This document shows, piece after piece, positions 9,708-19,856 of a stretch of 64,000 nucleotides of DNA (positions are counted from its first letter, which is position 1; every line of letters begins with the position of its first letter). The stretch lies in sequence record PV636258.1; one strand, given 5' to 3'. The translations under genes were made by a program, and so were the position numbers. The DNA is from a phage. A model generated the notes under the pieces. The model saw only the letters and a list, made by a program, of their open reading frames with translations. It was not told the DNA's origin and made no database searches.

Positions 9708-9899
9708 ATGACACCTCAATACAAAATATTGGTCACCAGCCGTTGTTATGCTTATGGACAGGGTGAAGCAATATCAGTACACACAGTTGTAGTTGATTTT
9801 GAAAACAAAGAACAAGCAGATTTGGCATTCTATAATATGCAGCAGAGCACAGCTCCTGCCGATATTGGCGTTAAACAAGTTTATACGAAATTATACTGA
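9708..9899 (+). CDS. hypothetical protein
   Basis: 63-aa ORF. Confidence 0.35.
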   Translation: MTPQYKILVTSRCYAYGQGEAISVHTVVVDFENKEQADLAFYNMQQSTAPADIGVKQVYTKLY

Positions 9900-9910
9900 G
9901 GTCCTATATC

Positions 9911-10123
9911 ATGGCAATGCAACGAATTGAAGACATGTCTGCGCTCGATATGGAAGCGACTTTTGGTGATTACTTTGAGTCCACCCCAAAACAAAAAGAA
10001 CCTCTGGTTGGTCGTTTGGTTGTTTCTGAAGCGTTCGCCCAGAAGGTTCGCGAAGGTCTTCCTGCAGAATATAGTTGTTTCCGTAATGGCGCTCCTGTTA
10101 TCGTCATGGGAGAATCTAAATGA
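9911..10123 (+). CDS. hypothetical protein
   Basis: 70-aa ORF; GAGG upstream of ATG. Confidence 0.4.
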   Translation: MAMQRIEDMSALDMEATFGDYFESTPKQKEPLVGRLVVSEAFAQKVREGLPAEYSCFRNGAPVIVMGESK

Positions 10124-10506
10124 CACAGTCCGAATACAAACAGTACCTGTACGATCTGTTCATGAAAGAAACGGATGGTACACTCCACCCTAAGAAAGCC
10201 ACTATCGTCGCGTTGCATTCTGAAGGTAATTTGTCTATAGCATATATCCGAAAAGAACTCGATTTGATGGGAATCGAATATGAAGACCATATCACGGATA
10301 CACGTGCTTTAAAAAGAGCAACAGCAATCGTTCTTCACACCGTTGCAACAATTATGCATCGCCACCATGTTTCTTTTGACGATGCAATAACTCCACAGTA
10401 TCATGAAGAACGCTGGGAATTGCTCAAATTGAACGGGGCGCACAGTTCTCACAAAAATCAACTTCTTGGTATGACGAAGGAACAACTCGTGGATGGTGTG
10501 TTATGA
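10120..10506 (+). CDS. hypothetical protein
   Basis: 128-aa ORF, start overlaps upstream stop. Confidence 0.45.
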   Translation: MTQSEYKQYLYDLFMKETDGTLHPKKATIVALHSEGNLSIAYIRKELDLMGIEYEDHITDTRALKRATAIVLHTVATIMHRHHVSFDDAITPQYHEERWELLKLNGAHSSHKNQLLGMTKEQLVDGVL

Positions 10507-11612
10507 TTTACCTTCTGTTTGTGGTTCCTGTAATTTTGGCCATCTTGTTTATAATATATCACCGCAAGACCCATGAGCCAAAGGAGACTTTGATCGCCAC
10601 GGCCATTGTTATCGTATTGTCTTGCCTTATCCAGTCGGGATTATATGCTGCTTTCTCCCTTGGTAGTTCTGGGGACGTGGAAATCCTGAATGGATATGTA
10701 ACTGATAAGCAACGGAATAAGGTGGGTTGTGAACATTCTTATGAATGTATGTGTTATTACACAACATCTTGTACAGGTTCAGGAAATAACCGATCTTGTA
10801 CACAAACGCGTCATTGCAGCACATGCTATGAGCACTCTTATGACGTTGATTGGGACGTATTAACAACCGTCGGTGATCTGAGCATTGACCGTATTGATCG
10901 TCAGGGTACTACAGAGCCTCCGCGTTGGGCACAAGTTAAAATCGGGGAACCTGCGGCACGTGAACATTCATATATGAATTATGTGCTGGGCAACAAAGAT
11001 TCATTATTCTCTAAATCTGACCAGCAATTCGCTGAGAAGTTCAAAGAGCATATCCCTTCATATCCGAGGGTGTATGATTATTACCGAGTAACTCGTGTTC
11101 TGAATATGTCAGGGATGGACATTCCTGTTGATTACTGGAATGACTATCTGAACAATACTCTGAAAACATTAGGTGCTTCACGTCAGGTTAATATCGTTTG
11201 GGTTGTGACTTCTGGCCAGCCTGTTGAATATTTTCAGGGACTTCTATATGCATGGTCTGGCGGTAAAAAGAACGATGTTATTGTAGTCACCGATATTTCA
11301 AAGGATATGAAAATTAATTGGGGTAAGTCTACGTCATTTGCCGACGGCATGAACAACATGGAACTCCATTCTCGTAACGGACTTTCATTGACTGGGAAAC
11401 CAATGGGCATATCCGTGTTCCAAGAAGTTGCGGTCAATATCAGTAAGGGATACAACCGAGTTGAGATGAAGGAAATGGAATATCTGAAATGGCGAGATCT
11501 TAAAACTTGGGAAGTGATTATCGTCGTGCTGTTTGGATGTATCCCATTTACCGCAGTTTTCATATTAGGCCGCATGCAGTACAATGGTCGAACTTATAAA
11601 CGTTTGTTTTAA
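10503..11612 (+). CDS. membrane protein with Cys-rich extracytoplasmic region
   Basis: N-terminal TM helices, Cys cluster (CEHSYECMCYYTTSCTGSGNNRSCTQTRHCSTCYEH), C-terminal TM VIIVVLFGCIPFTAVFILG. Confidence 0.5.
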   Translation: MIYLLFVVPVILAILFIIYHRKTHEPKETLIATAIVIVLSCLIQSGLYAAFSLGSSGDVEILNGYVTDKQRNKVGCEHSYECMCYYTTSCTGSGNNRSCTQTRHCSTCYEHSYDVDWDVLTTVGDLSIDRIDRQGTTEPPRWAQVKIGEPAAREHSYMNYVLGNKDSLFSKSDQQFAEKFKEHIPSYPRVYDYYRVTRVLNMSGMDIPVDYWNDYLNNTLKTLGASRQVNIVWVVTSGQPVEYFQGLLYAWSGGKKNDVIVVTDISKDMKINWGKSTSFADGMNNMELHSRNGLSLTGKPMGISVFQEVAVNISKGYNRVEMKEMEYLKWRDLKTWEVIIVVLFGCIPFTAVFILGRMQYNGRTYKRLF

Positions 11613-11627
11613 CAAGAGGAAGTAAAG

Positions 11628-12197
11628 ATGTCACAACGTAAAGGTATTTCAATTGGTTGGATCGTTGGGTTGGCAATTCTAGCATTTGCTGTAATTGGGA
11701 TTGGCAGTGTGGTTAGCTATTTCAATGACTTCAACCGCATTGAACAACAGGTCAAAAAGTTCAACAAAGATTCTGAAAACCACCTGAGCAATTATACGCT
11801 CAAAGTTCAGGAGACGGCGCAGATTCCTGACATGTACAAAAACGGTTTGAAGGAAGTGATCAAAGATACTTTCCAAGGCCGTTATGGCGCAGACGGTTCC
11901 AAAGCAGTAATGCAATGGATTCAGGAACAGAATATTCAGTTTGATTCATCTTTGTACAAAGAGATTCAGGTTGTTATCAGCTCAGGTCGGGATGAATTCC
12001 GCATTAGCCAAACTAAAAAATTGGACGCATGTGCGATCTATGAAACTAAACTTGGCCAGTTCCCTGGTTCTCTGATAGCAGGAATCTTTGGATATCCGCG
12101 TATCGATCTTGACAAGACATGTCAGGTGGTGAGTGACACCCGTACCCAGGCCGCATTTGACTCCGGTGTCCAGACTCCGATTAACTTCAAAGGCTGA
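11628..12197 (+). CDS. LemA-like membrane protein
   Basis: N-terminal TM (GWIVGLAILAFAVIGIGSVV) followed by LemA-like YFNDFNRIEQQV region. Confidence 0.45.
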   Translation: MSQRKGISIGWIVGLAILAFAVIGIGSVVSYFNDFNRIEQQVKKFNKDSENHLSNYTLKVQETAQIPDMYKNGLKEVIKDTFQGRYGADGSKAVMQWIQEQNIQFDSSLYKEIQVVISSGRDEFRISQTKKLDACAIYETKLGQFPGSLIAGIFGYPRIDLDKTCQVVSDTRTQAAFDSGVQTPINFKG

Positions 12198-12201
12198 TCT
12201 T

Positions 12202-12624
12202 ATGAGCGTGAAACTAACCGAATCTCTGACGCTGGAACAGCAACAGGCGTTACTGGATGAAGTGGTAATCTCTGCTGTCAAGCAGGGCATTATCCGTGAC
12301 GACACGTTGTTGACGCGCCCCGAAATGATCCATCATCTGGTGGTGTGCCTGGGCGAAGCCAATAATCCTCGCAAAAAGATTGTAATGTTCAAAGAAGGCA
12401 TTATTTATCCCAATGGAAGATTCGCTTGGTTAACCCTATCGGGAAGTCATCCGGATTTGAAGGATGAACAGAAAGAAATCAAAACTTCTGTTCCGGTAAC
12501 GCCATACACTGAAGGAGTTGATTTATTGTCTTGGTTTGAGACCATCAATACCATCTATGTCATGGCACCTGATGGTAAGCCAGCACAGGATCTGCGTGGT
12601 GGGGTTGTAGGTTCGGAAGACTAA
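12202..12624 (+). CDS. hypothetical protein
   Basis: ORF 12133-12624 trimmed to ATG 12202 (MSVKLTESL). Confidence 0.45.
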   Translation: MSVKLTESLTLEQQQALLDEVVISAVKQGIIRDDTLLTRPEMIHHLVVCLGEANNPRKKIVMFKEGIIYPNGRFAWLTLSGSHPDLKDEQKEIKTSVPVTPYTEGVDLLSWFETINTIYVMAPDGKPAQDLRGGVVGSED

Positions 12625-12626
12625 TA

Positions 12627-12675
12627 GTTCTTCAATAAATGGGGATAGGGTATTATTGCTCTATCCTCTTTTTTA
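12627..12675 (+). terminator. terminator-like hairpin of the TTCAATAAA family
   Basis: GTTCTTCAATAAA + GGGGATAGGG/CTATCCTC stem with TATTATT loop + TTTTTT. Confidence 0.5.
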
Positions 12676-12686
12676 TGGAATGTGTT

Positions 12687-13058
12687 ATGTCTGACAAGCC
12701 AAGAAAGATTGCAATTATTGGAGGAGGAATCGGCGCTCGGACTATGGCCACTATCCTTCAAGAAAAGCTGAAAGGCGTTGAAGTAGAATGTATCAGTGTA
12801 GACGATATTCCTAAACGTCGTTGTGAACCAGGTGAACGCATGATAATTTGTGATGATCTGGTAGAAAGTGAACGCAAAACATTGGTATCTCAAGCGGTGG
12901 CTCAGTTACGGAAGGCAGATATTTCGTATTGTGAAGCAGAAGCCGATGACAGAGACATAATTGCGTCACAACGTTATCAAAAGCCGCCGCGCCTATATGG
13001 AGCCGCCCAACATAAACGTCAGGCTAAGAAATATAAAAATCGGAGTAAACGAAAATGA
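12687..13058 (+). CDS. hypothetical protein with glycine-rich IAIIGGGIGA motif
   Basis: ORF 12639-13058, ATG 12687; dinucleotide-binding-like GGGxG motif but protein too short for a full Rossmann oxidoreductase; basic C-terminus. Confidence 0.4.
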   Translation: MSDKPRKIAIIGGGIGARTMATILQEKLKGVEVECISVDDIPKRRCEPGERMIICDDLVESERKTLVSQAVAQLRKADISYCEAEADDRDIIASQRYQKPPRLYGAAQHKRQAKKYKNRSKRK

Positions 13059-13504
13059 CTACTCAAAAACCAACTTATGAAGAATTGGCACAGACCGTTC
13101 TGACCTTCGACAGTACCCTGAAGACCCTGTACAAGGTACTGGGAAAGAACCCGACTTCAGAGTCAGGCGAAGCAGTTGATCTTCTGTTCCTGCCCAACTG
13201 CATGGTATCAGCTAACGCCATTGTTACCGCCCTGAAAGATACAGGAGCGCGAGAGCCGGATCCCACAGGGATTCAGAATTATCTGGAGAACTTTGACGAG
13301 TACTCCTTCACTGATCTGCTCCTGCGCGATCTGATCAACACAGAACGTCGCCGTCAGGAAAAGAACTGCCCTGTAGTTCAGTCTGACCATGAAATCGAAC
13401 AAACCGTCCGTGAAGAACTGAATGGCACCTACTCGCCCATCGACCTGGCTGTGATGATCGTTCAGGCGCTGTCATACGCCGCCAAAGGAGAAACAAATGT
13501 CTAA
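13055..13504 (+). CDS. hypothetical protein
   Basis: 149-aa ORF, start overlaps upstream stop. Confidence 0.45.
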   Translation: MTTQKPTYEELAQTVLTFDSTLKTLYKVLGKNPTSESGEAVDLLFLPNCMVSANAIVTALKDTGAREPDPTGIQNYLENFDEYSFTDLLLRDLINTERRRQEKNCPVVQSDHEIEQTVREELNGTYSPIDLAVMIVQALSYAAKGETNV

Positions 13505-13703
13505 ACCATTATCTGCTGCGGCTGTAGCAACCCTTGCTTTGTCCGCCATGGCTGAAGATATGATGCATAATGGTCGTCTCTGGGATGATCATCGTTATGC
13601 ACAGGGGTGTACCCCTGGGGAACCTGGGCATGCTCGTCCTTCCGTCAGTCGTCCTAAAAAGGCCAAGACCCATGGAAAGAACAAAAAGAAACGCCGTAAA
13701 TGA
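13497..13703 (+). CDS. small hypothetical protein with basic tail
   Basis: 68-aa ORF; competing overlapping frame 13570-13863 makes this call uncertain. Confidence 0.3.
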   Translation: MSKPLSAAAVATLALSAMAEDMMHNGRLWDDHRYAQGCTPGEPGHARPSVSRPKKAKTHGKNKKKRRK

Positions 13704-13872
13704 AGTCATTCCCGAATATCGCCTTCACGCATTATCGGAAGGTGAACCCAGATCATCACGATGTCATGTTATGTTTCAAGAAGGTAAAATGATGGCCGAT
13801 GAAATCCTCTTCCTTCGAGCAGAGGTGATCCGTTTAAGTAACAATAAACCCCCAAAGAAATGAGGATATGTC

Positions 13873-14226
13873 ATGAGTTCTATTGAACAGCTGATCACAC
13901 CACAATATGTTTACAGCAATATAGTAGAGCACCTCCGCTCTCAATTGAATGTGAAGCAGTTGAACAGCTCTGAATTGAGTGGTTTAGAAATCACAGAAGT
14001 TGAAGTTGCGGCCTTCGGTAGTCGTTATCATTTTGTTGTCAATCACACTCAGGTTGAACAAGTCACTTCGAGCATTATTGACCTCGGCGCAACGAAGCCT
14101 TCCCGCGCAGAGCCGAAATCTGTGACACGCAATATTGTGGGTTATCTGGAAGAGACGTTAGAGCCAGGTGCCACCCACCCGATATTCAATTTCAACGCCG
14201 CCGTTATAAACGTTCAGGGAAGTTAA
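13873..14226 (+). CDS. hypothetical protein
   Basis: 117-aa ORF followed by terminator. Confidence 0.4.
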   Translation: MSSIEQLITPQYVYSNIVEHLRSQLNVKQLNSSELSGLEITEVEVAAFGSRYHFVVNHTQVEQVTSSIIDLGATKPSRAEPKSVTRNIVGYLEETLEPGATHPIFNFNAAVINVQGS

Positions 14227-14234
14227 TCCTGATT

Positions 14235-14260
14235 AAAGCCTCCGATTGGAGGCTTTTCTA
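14235..14260 (+). terminator. intrinsic terminator
   Basis: AAAGCCTCC gatt GGAGGCTTTTCT. Confidence 0.55.
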
Positions 14261-14333
14261 TTGAACCACCCGCCAGTATCATAACCTTACCCAATAATGT
14301 GTTCTTCTTTGATCTGAACAGGAATTCTATACT

Positions 14334-17075
14334 ATGAAAATGCGCAAGTCCGAGCATTTCGTGCGCTCTTCTTCTACCATCGTCGGACAGACATTCAATG
14401 TCAAGATGACGGATAAATTATTTGAAACATTATTTTCAAGTCTCTACAAATATAAAGAGGCGGCGTCTTTGCGTGAGACGTTGTGTAATGGTATAGACTC
14501 GCATAATATGCGTGATCGCCAACAACGCTGGATGCCATCGCATTATGCTCCTCTCACTCCTATGCCTCAACGATACAGCAAACATCTTGCCCCCAAGGGA
14601 ACTCCTGTTGTTGTACATTTACCGGATGTTATGGAACCCTGGCTGGAAATTAAAGATTATGGGGTTGGTCTTCCATTAGAAATGATCATCGGCGAGCCTA
14701 TTACAGCGCGTGAAGATGAAGTGCTGGTTGAAGGTAATATCGTCGTGAAGGAAGACGAAATCCCTGATAGCACTGCTGTTATTGGTACACCTGGTTATTA
14801 TAATGGGGTACTGGTATTCCGCGCTGAGGATGGCGAGATCATTCGTGGACCTGGTTTGTATACAACACTCTTCCATAGTACAAAAGAGGACGACGACGGG
14901 CAAATAGGGGCGTTTGGGCTAGGTTCTAAATCCCCATTTGCGGTATCTGATTCATTTACAGTAGAAAGTCGCTATGAGGGGAAACTGTATCGCTTCCTGA
15001 TGTATCTGAATGCGGACAGAATCCCAACTGTGGATCTCATTACCAAGGATTTAGATACCCGTGATCCTAAACCGGAAGACACTGATGAGTTCAACGGCCT
15101 GACTGTTAAAGTTCCTGTAAAGAATCAGCGTTTTACCGCCTTTGAACAAGAGTTGGTCCGTTTGGGTCGAGTGATGCGACCTTCAATGCGACCGAAGGTT
15201 GAAAACGCCAGTTATTCTTTCCGTTGGTCTGACATCAACTTCGAAAACCGTGTAGGCAACACATATATCCAACCGAAGTCAGATTCCGACAACATCCACT
15301 ATGCTGTCATGGGCGGGGTTTCTTACCCGATAGATCTCGACCAATTGGACTCTGAAATATGCACCGTGCTGGAAAAATTCCCGAGTTCCTATACCTTCTT
15401 CGAACTTGGAGAACTGAATGTACCGCCGTCACGCGAAGACTTGTCATACGACGAATTCACTCGTGAAAGCCTGAACCGCGTGTTCAAGCATGTGGCCGAA
15501 AATATCATGCAAGCGAAGATGTATGAACTTCGCCAAGCGGAGTCAATGGGTCCTCTTATGTTGTATATGAAAAAGACTCAGCTGACTGATATGTTCGGTA
15601 GTGGTTTCCGTAAATTGGTCGAACGGGAATTTCCTGCAGATAACCGTTTCTACAAAGGCACGTTCCGTTATATCGGAGCGCCGGACGTCGTGCGCGATTA
15701 CTCTTTGGATGCACCTTTCCGGTCTATTGGTAGTCCTTACGAAATTGAAGTACACGACAACGGTGTAGTACACGACAGCATTTATGTGAACTCTGTCGGA
15801 AATTGGTTGAAATCTAAATCAAAAATTGCTGTTATTATTGATAACTCGAATCGTGCTCGAAACCTGAAGATACAAACAGCACGCAATAACTTCAATGTCG
15901 TTATCGTCGTCAAACCGAATGAAAATTATTTCAGTAATCGGAATCAGCTTGCGGCACATAAAGAATCATTTACCAACCATGAGGAATTGAAGTCTTATTT
16001 TGAATCATGGATCGGTGTACAAGAAACAACGCCGGACTACCTGGTCTTTGCCGATAAACTGATCGAGGTCTTTGGCGATTTATTCAATCCGGATGAAGTC
16101 TATTTCATGCATGAAATGGAATATGTTCGCCCGACCGTTGAAAAAGATCCTGGGATGTTTAGTTTCTATTACAATTCATTTAACTTCGACAGCGTTTATG
16201 AATTAGATGGAAAAACCGTTTCAGATATTATTGATTCGGGCAAAAAGATCGTATATATCGAAGTATCTGGCCGAGAAGGTATCCATAAAATTCATGGTAA
16301 TACCTTACGACAATCCACGGCTGGACATTTGCGTGAAGCGATGGAAAGAACGAAGTTCGGCGAGAATGGAAACGAAAACCTGTTTGATTTGCTGGGAGCA
16401 CATCCAACAATCGTTCTTGCGCGTCGTAAATCTGTTCCGATGATGAAGAAATTCCCAGAAGTATTCATCCCCATTGACGCAGTGTTTGATATGTTGCTTG
16501 AGCATTATAAAGATGAATTTCAGGCGCTTGAATCTAAGAAACTCCTGAAACTTCGCAAGGGTATAAACATCATGTCTCATCGCATTGATTATGGTGCCAA
16601 GCTGTTGATTGATTCCCATGGAAAAGTTACGGATGGCTATGCCCATCATCAACACAGGGCAAAAGCAATCATCAGTTATGCGAAACAACAAATCACTGAA
16701 GAAGAATGGAAGATTGTTCGTATGCTGGCCAAACGAAATCCGTCTGGATCGGGGTACGGTTATTTCCGCAAGGCTGTTGAGGAATTACATTATCGTATAG
16801 AAATGCCTTTCCCAACTACGAGATTTTTCCGCGCCTGTAACCAGTTAACTCAAGTTGTTGATTTATTGAATGAAAAATTAACTGCTGAAGGATTTGATGA
16901 GATAAATGTCACTAGCACTATATCTCAAAAGCAAAAGGCCAAAAACCGATACCGAGTTGAATGTCATCGTTTGGTGAAGTTCATGATGTCAAAATATCAG
17001 CCTTCGGCACACAACGCGATTGAAGATGCCACTAGATTTGTGAAGGCTATTTCAAAACGTATTCTCGGGGCATAA
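14334..17075 (+). CDS. rIIA: rIIA-like protein (GHKL-type ATPase domain)
   Basis: 913 aa; N-box-like ETLCNGIDSH, G1-like IKDYGVGLP and G2-like GAFGLGSKS; followed immediately by rIIB-like gene as in T4-like phages. Confidence 0.7.
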   Translation: MKMRKSEHFVRSSSTIVGQTFNVKMTDKLFETLFSSLYKYKEAASLRETLCNGIDSHNMRDRQQRWMPSHYAPLTPMPQRYSKHLAPKGTPVVVHLPDVMEPWLEIKDYGVGLPLEMIIGEPITAREDEVLVEGNIVVKEDEIPDSTAVIGTPGYYNGVLVFRAEDGEIIRGPGLYTTLFHSTKEDDDGQIGAFGLGSKSPFAVSDSFTVESRYEGKLYRFLMYLNADRIPTVDLITKDLDTRDPKPEDTDEFNGLTVKVPVKNQRFTAFEQELVRLGRVMRPSMRPKVENASYSFRWSDINFENRVGNTYIQPKSDSDNIHYAVMGGVSYPIDLDQLDSEICTVLEKFPSSYTFFELGELNVPPSREDLSYDEFTRESLNRVFKHVAENIMQAKMYELRQAESMGPLMLYMKKTQLTDMFGSGFRKLVEREFPADNRFYKGTFRYIGAPDVVRDYSLDAPFRSIGSPYEIEVHDNGVVHDSIYVNSVGNWLKSKSKIAVIIDNSNRARNLKIQTARNNFNVVIVVKPNENYFSNRNQLAAHKESFTNHEELKSYFESWIGVQETTPDYLVFADKLIEVFGDLFNPDEVYFMHEMEYVRPTVEKDPGMFSFYYNSFNFDSVYELDGKTVSDIIDSGKKIVYIEVSGREGIHKIHGNTLRQSTAGHLREAMERTKFGENGNENLFDLLGAHPTIVLARRKSVPMMKKFPEVFIPIDAVFDMLLEHYKDEFQALESKKLLKLRKGINIMSHRIDYGAKLLIDSHGKVTDGYAHHQHRAKAIISYAKQQITEEEWKIVRMLAKRNPSGSGYGYFRKAVEELHYRIEMPFPTTRFFRACNQLTQVVDLLNEKLTAEGFDEINVTSTISQKQKAKNRYRVECHRLVKFMMSKYQPSAHNAIEDATRFVKAISKRILGA

Positions 17076-17107
17076 TAGCCCCATTACCCCACAGTGAGAA
17101 CTACAAG

Positions 17108-18691
17108 ATGAATGCTATAGAAAAACGTATTCTCAAGCTGTTGAATGAGAACAGAAGTCAAAGTTCAATAGCCAGTGAATTGGGCGTACCGCGCTCAATG
17201 ATACAACGCGTGTCGGATAAAGAACTGGGAGTGGATCCAGCTTCGATTAAGTCTCTGACTACTGAACAGATTCAAGAAATACAAACCAAGAGCAGCAAAG
17301 GTGAAAGCAATTCTTCTCTGGCATCAGTTTATGGCGTCAGTGCCAAAACAATTGCCCGCGCCCTGATGGTTCGTATCATCAAAGAATCTAATAACGTGGT
17401 CGTGATTTCGCCAATTAAAGAATTGACTGAAGAAGGGAAAATCCCCGACACCTATGAAGTTCTGGAAGGTTCGGTGTCTGTCGATTCTGAAGGCGAAGAA
17501 TGGTATGTTGGCCGTTTCCTGGAAAACCAAACAGTGTTTATCTGTATGCGTTACGATAGCTCTGCTGCTATTCAGGCCAAACTTTTCAGAAGCGAAGAAC
17601 TGAAACCGTTAGAAACTCGGTCAAGCCGCTTCAATGAAGAAAACATTTCTCCGTTGGCCGAATTGGCGACAGCACTGGTTGATGGCGTTACCAAAGTCAA
17701 TGACGGCGTGGTAATCAGTGTACAACATGACGGCGAAACATACCCGATGCGCGGTTCCCTTGATGCCCGTCGGCGTGTGGGATACTTTGACGCAATTCTG
17801 GGGCGTACACTTCGACTGGCGTTGTCGTCTGTTGTTTTCTCGGTTAAGACAACGGCTGTTGAGGAAGAGTCTGGCGACAAACAAACTCAGAATTCATTTA
17901 ACGAAAAAGATCTGTCGGTGTTCTTGAATGAGCACCAGATCATGATTTTACCGGAAAGCATCGTTATCGTTATGGATGGCAAACCGGAAACGATAACCAC
18001 AAGCCATCAGGCGTATGATCGTATTGTTGAAGCGATTAAAAATCGTGACGTCAAAACAGCGTACACTCTGATGAAACCGCGTGAAGCCATCAGCAAATTC
18101 ACTACAGGCATGGTTGATTTATCTGACAACCGTGTGCGCTGGGGTGGCTATGACATCACGGGAACTTCCGTCGCCAAACGCGTTTTGGCACTGGCATTAA
18201 AAGGCGATTATCCAAACTTAGAACGCTTGGGTCGTTTTCTGGACAAAATGTTTCAAAACCCGAGCGCCGCGCTGGTTCAGTCCGGTCGAATCTATGAATT
18301 CATGGCATATTCGGATATCGAAATTCATGAAGACGGTGATATCATCCTGTATAAATCCGTTCGCGGTAACTACATGGACAAGCGCACAGGAAAAGTTAGT
18401 AATGCTCCTGGGACCATTGTTCGGATGGCTCGCTCATTCGTGAACGATAACAACAAAGATCTGTGCTCTTACGGTCTTCACGTTTGTTCTCTGGCTTATC
18501 TGAAACAATGTTTTGGTAGCCTGGGACAACGCGTTGTCCGTTGCAAACTGAACCCGAAAGATATCGTGTCTATCACTGATGATTATGGCTCCAGTAAAAT
18601 CCGCTGCTGTGAATATCTGGTATTAGACGATTACACCACGGAATACAACCGCCAACATAAATCCATTGATGTTGAAGGTCTATACAAGTAA
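17108..18691 (+). CDS. rIIB: rIIB-like protein
   Basis: 527-aa ORF directly downstream of rIIA-like gene; assignment by position and size only. Confidence 0.5.
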   Translation: MNAIEKRILKLLNENRSQSSIASELGVPRSMIQRVSDKELGVDPASIKSLTTEQIQEIQTKSSKGESNSSLASVYGVSAKTIARALMVRIIKESNNVVVISPIKELTEEGKIPDTYEVLEGSVSVDSEGEEWYVGRFLENQTVFICMRYDSSAAIQAKLFRSEELKPLETRSSRFNEENISPLAELATALVDGVTKVNDGVVISVQHDGETYPMRGSLDARRRVGYFDAILGRTLRLALSSVVFSVKTTAVEEESGDKQTQNSFNEKDLSVFLNEHQIMILPESIVIVMDGKPETITTSHQAYDRIVEAIKNRDVKTAYTLMKPREAISKFTTGMVDLSDNRVRWGGYDITGTSVAKRVLALALKGDYPNLERLGRFLDKMFQNPSAALVQSGRIYEFMAYSDIEIHEDGDIILYKSVRGNYMDKRTGKVSNAPGTIVRMARSFVNDNNKDLCSYGLHVCSLAYLKQCFGSLGQRVVRCKLNPKDIVSITDDYGSSKIRCCEYLVLDDYTTEYNRQHKSIDVEGLYK

Positions 18692-18706
18692 GTGTAAATG
18701 GATATA

Positions 18707-18732
18707 AAAGGGAGGCTTCGGCCTCCTTTTCT
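18707..18732 (+). terminator. intrinsic terminator
   Basis: GGAGGCTTCGGCCTCC stem then TTTTCTTT. Confidence 0.6.
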
Positions 18733-18743
18733 TTGAGGTGAAT

Positions 18744-19043
18744 ATGGAAACTAGAGATGTTTACTTCGTGTATGAACAACAAGCATTTGGTTCATTACGC
18801 CGGAAAACAAAATTCCTTGTTGATTCATTCCAATTTGAAGGAGAACTCAAGGAATACTCGTTCAGGAATTTTCCTCCGAGAGAAGTCATAGGCGACCAGT
18901 TCGTGAAATTATTTTGTCGTTGTGGCGGCTGTGACTTTAACGACGACGGATATTCCATGCATGTTTATTGCTGCAATTGTTGTGGTAAATATATTACAGT
19001 CTATAGGAGAACTGATCATGGCGAAGACACAAAAGAAAATTGA
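18744..19043 (+). CDS. Cys-rich small protein (putative zinc-binding)
   Basis: ATG 18744 after GAGGTG; CRCGGCDF and CCNCCGKY clusters. Confidence 0.4.
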   Translation: METRDVYFVYEQQAFGSLRRKTKFLVDSFQFEGELKEYSFRNFPPREVIGDQFVKLFCRCGGCDFNDDGYSMHVYCCNCCGKYITVYRRTDHGEDTKEN

Positions 19044-19431
19044 AAACACTCAAACCATTCAAGAAATCACTGCACAGGAAGAAAATAAACTTCCCAGTTA
19101 TCTGCAACGCGTGGTGGATAACGTGCCTCAGGGCGGCGACGGCGGTATTGTCTACGCTGGTGACTACGGTTGGGTGTGTGAATATAAAGACGGCTCTAAG
19201 GAGCTTCTAGAGGAACTCACCGGACTTGCCGGAACTTTGCGCCGTTATGGGTTAGATAAATTCGGTAAACCTATGAAACCAGGTACTGTGGTATCAACCG
19301 ATATTACAGTTGAAGTTCTTCTTTTGCTTGATATCAATGATCTTAAAACGCTTGCGGAACCCCTGGGTATCGACGCGACTGACCGTAATGAAATAATCTC
19401 GCAATTGACTGAAAAACTGCAGATTAAATAA
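19018..19431 (+). CDS. hypothetical protein
   Basis: ATG 19018 after AGGAGA; overlaps upstream gene end. Confidence 0.4.
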   Translation: MAKTQKKIENTQTIQEITAQEENKLPSYLQRVVDNVPQGGDGGIVYAGDYGWVCEYKDGSKELLEELTGLAGTLRRYGLDKFGKPMKPGTVVSTDITVEVLLLLDINDLKTLAEPLGIDATDRNEIISQLTEKLQIK

Positions 19432-19463
19432 TCCCAGTGTATAACTGCTGATTATAATTCAAT

Positions 19464-19856
19464 ATGGCTATCGTTGACGAAAGCAATTTGATGGAGTACG
19501 CTCTAAGACATTATATCACCCCTGGTGTCTCAAGAGATGATTTGATGGTAGACATTCAGCGAATTTCGCTAATTAATCAATCATTGAAAAGATTTGTGCC
19601 AGGGAAAAGTCCTCGCGTACTTATCAATCAATTGATTATCCTTTTCAATACCTTTGAAACCGAAGCCGTGTGCCGAATGTTGGTGTTGAAAACGGATAAG
19701 AACCAACATCCTCGTCTTAAAGCAGCGCTGTTGACGTTAGGAGTTTGGCGAGATGATTTATGTTCCGGTTCATACGAACCAGATAATGAGCTGATGATGG
19801 CTCTGAACAACGATTTGGATGAGTGGAGGAAACCATGCCAACAATCACAGTATTAG
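19464..19856 (+). CDS. hypothetical protein
   Basis: 130-aa ORF. Confidence 0.4.
   Translation: MAIVDESNLMEYALRHYITPGVSRDDLMVDIQRISLINQSLKRFVPGKSPRVLINQLIILFNTFETEAVCRMLVLKTDKNQHPRLKAALLTLGVWRDDLCSGSYEPDNELMMALNNDLDEWRKPCQQSQY

Noticed and set aside
9462-9719. Minus-strand ORF of 85 aa
   Set aside because: Overlaps a plus-strand small membrane-protein gene with RBS and downstream terminator in an all-plus region; judged spurious.
13570-13863. 97-aa plus ORF overlapping 13497-13703 in another frame
   Set aside because: The two frames conflict and neither has a strong RBS; only the upstream one was retained at low confidence, and this region may need re-annotation.
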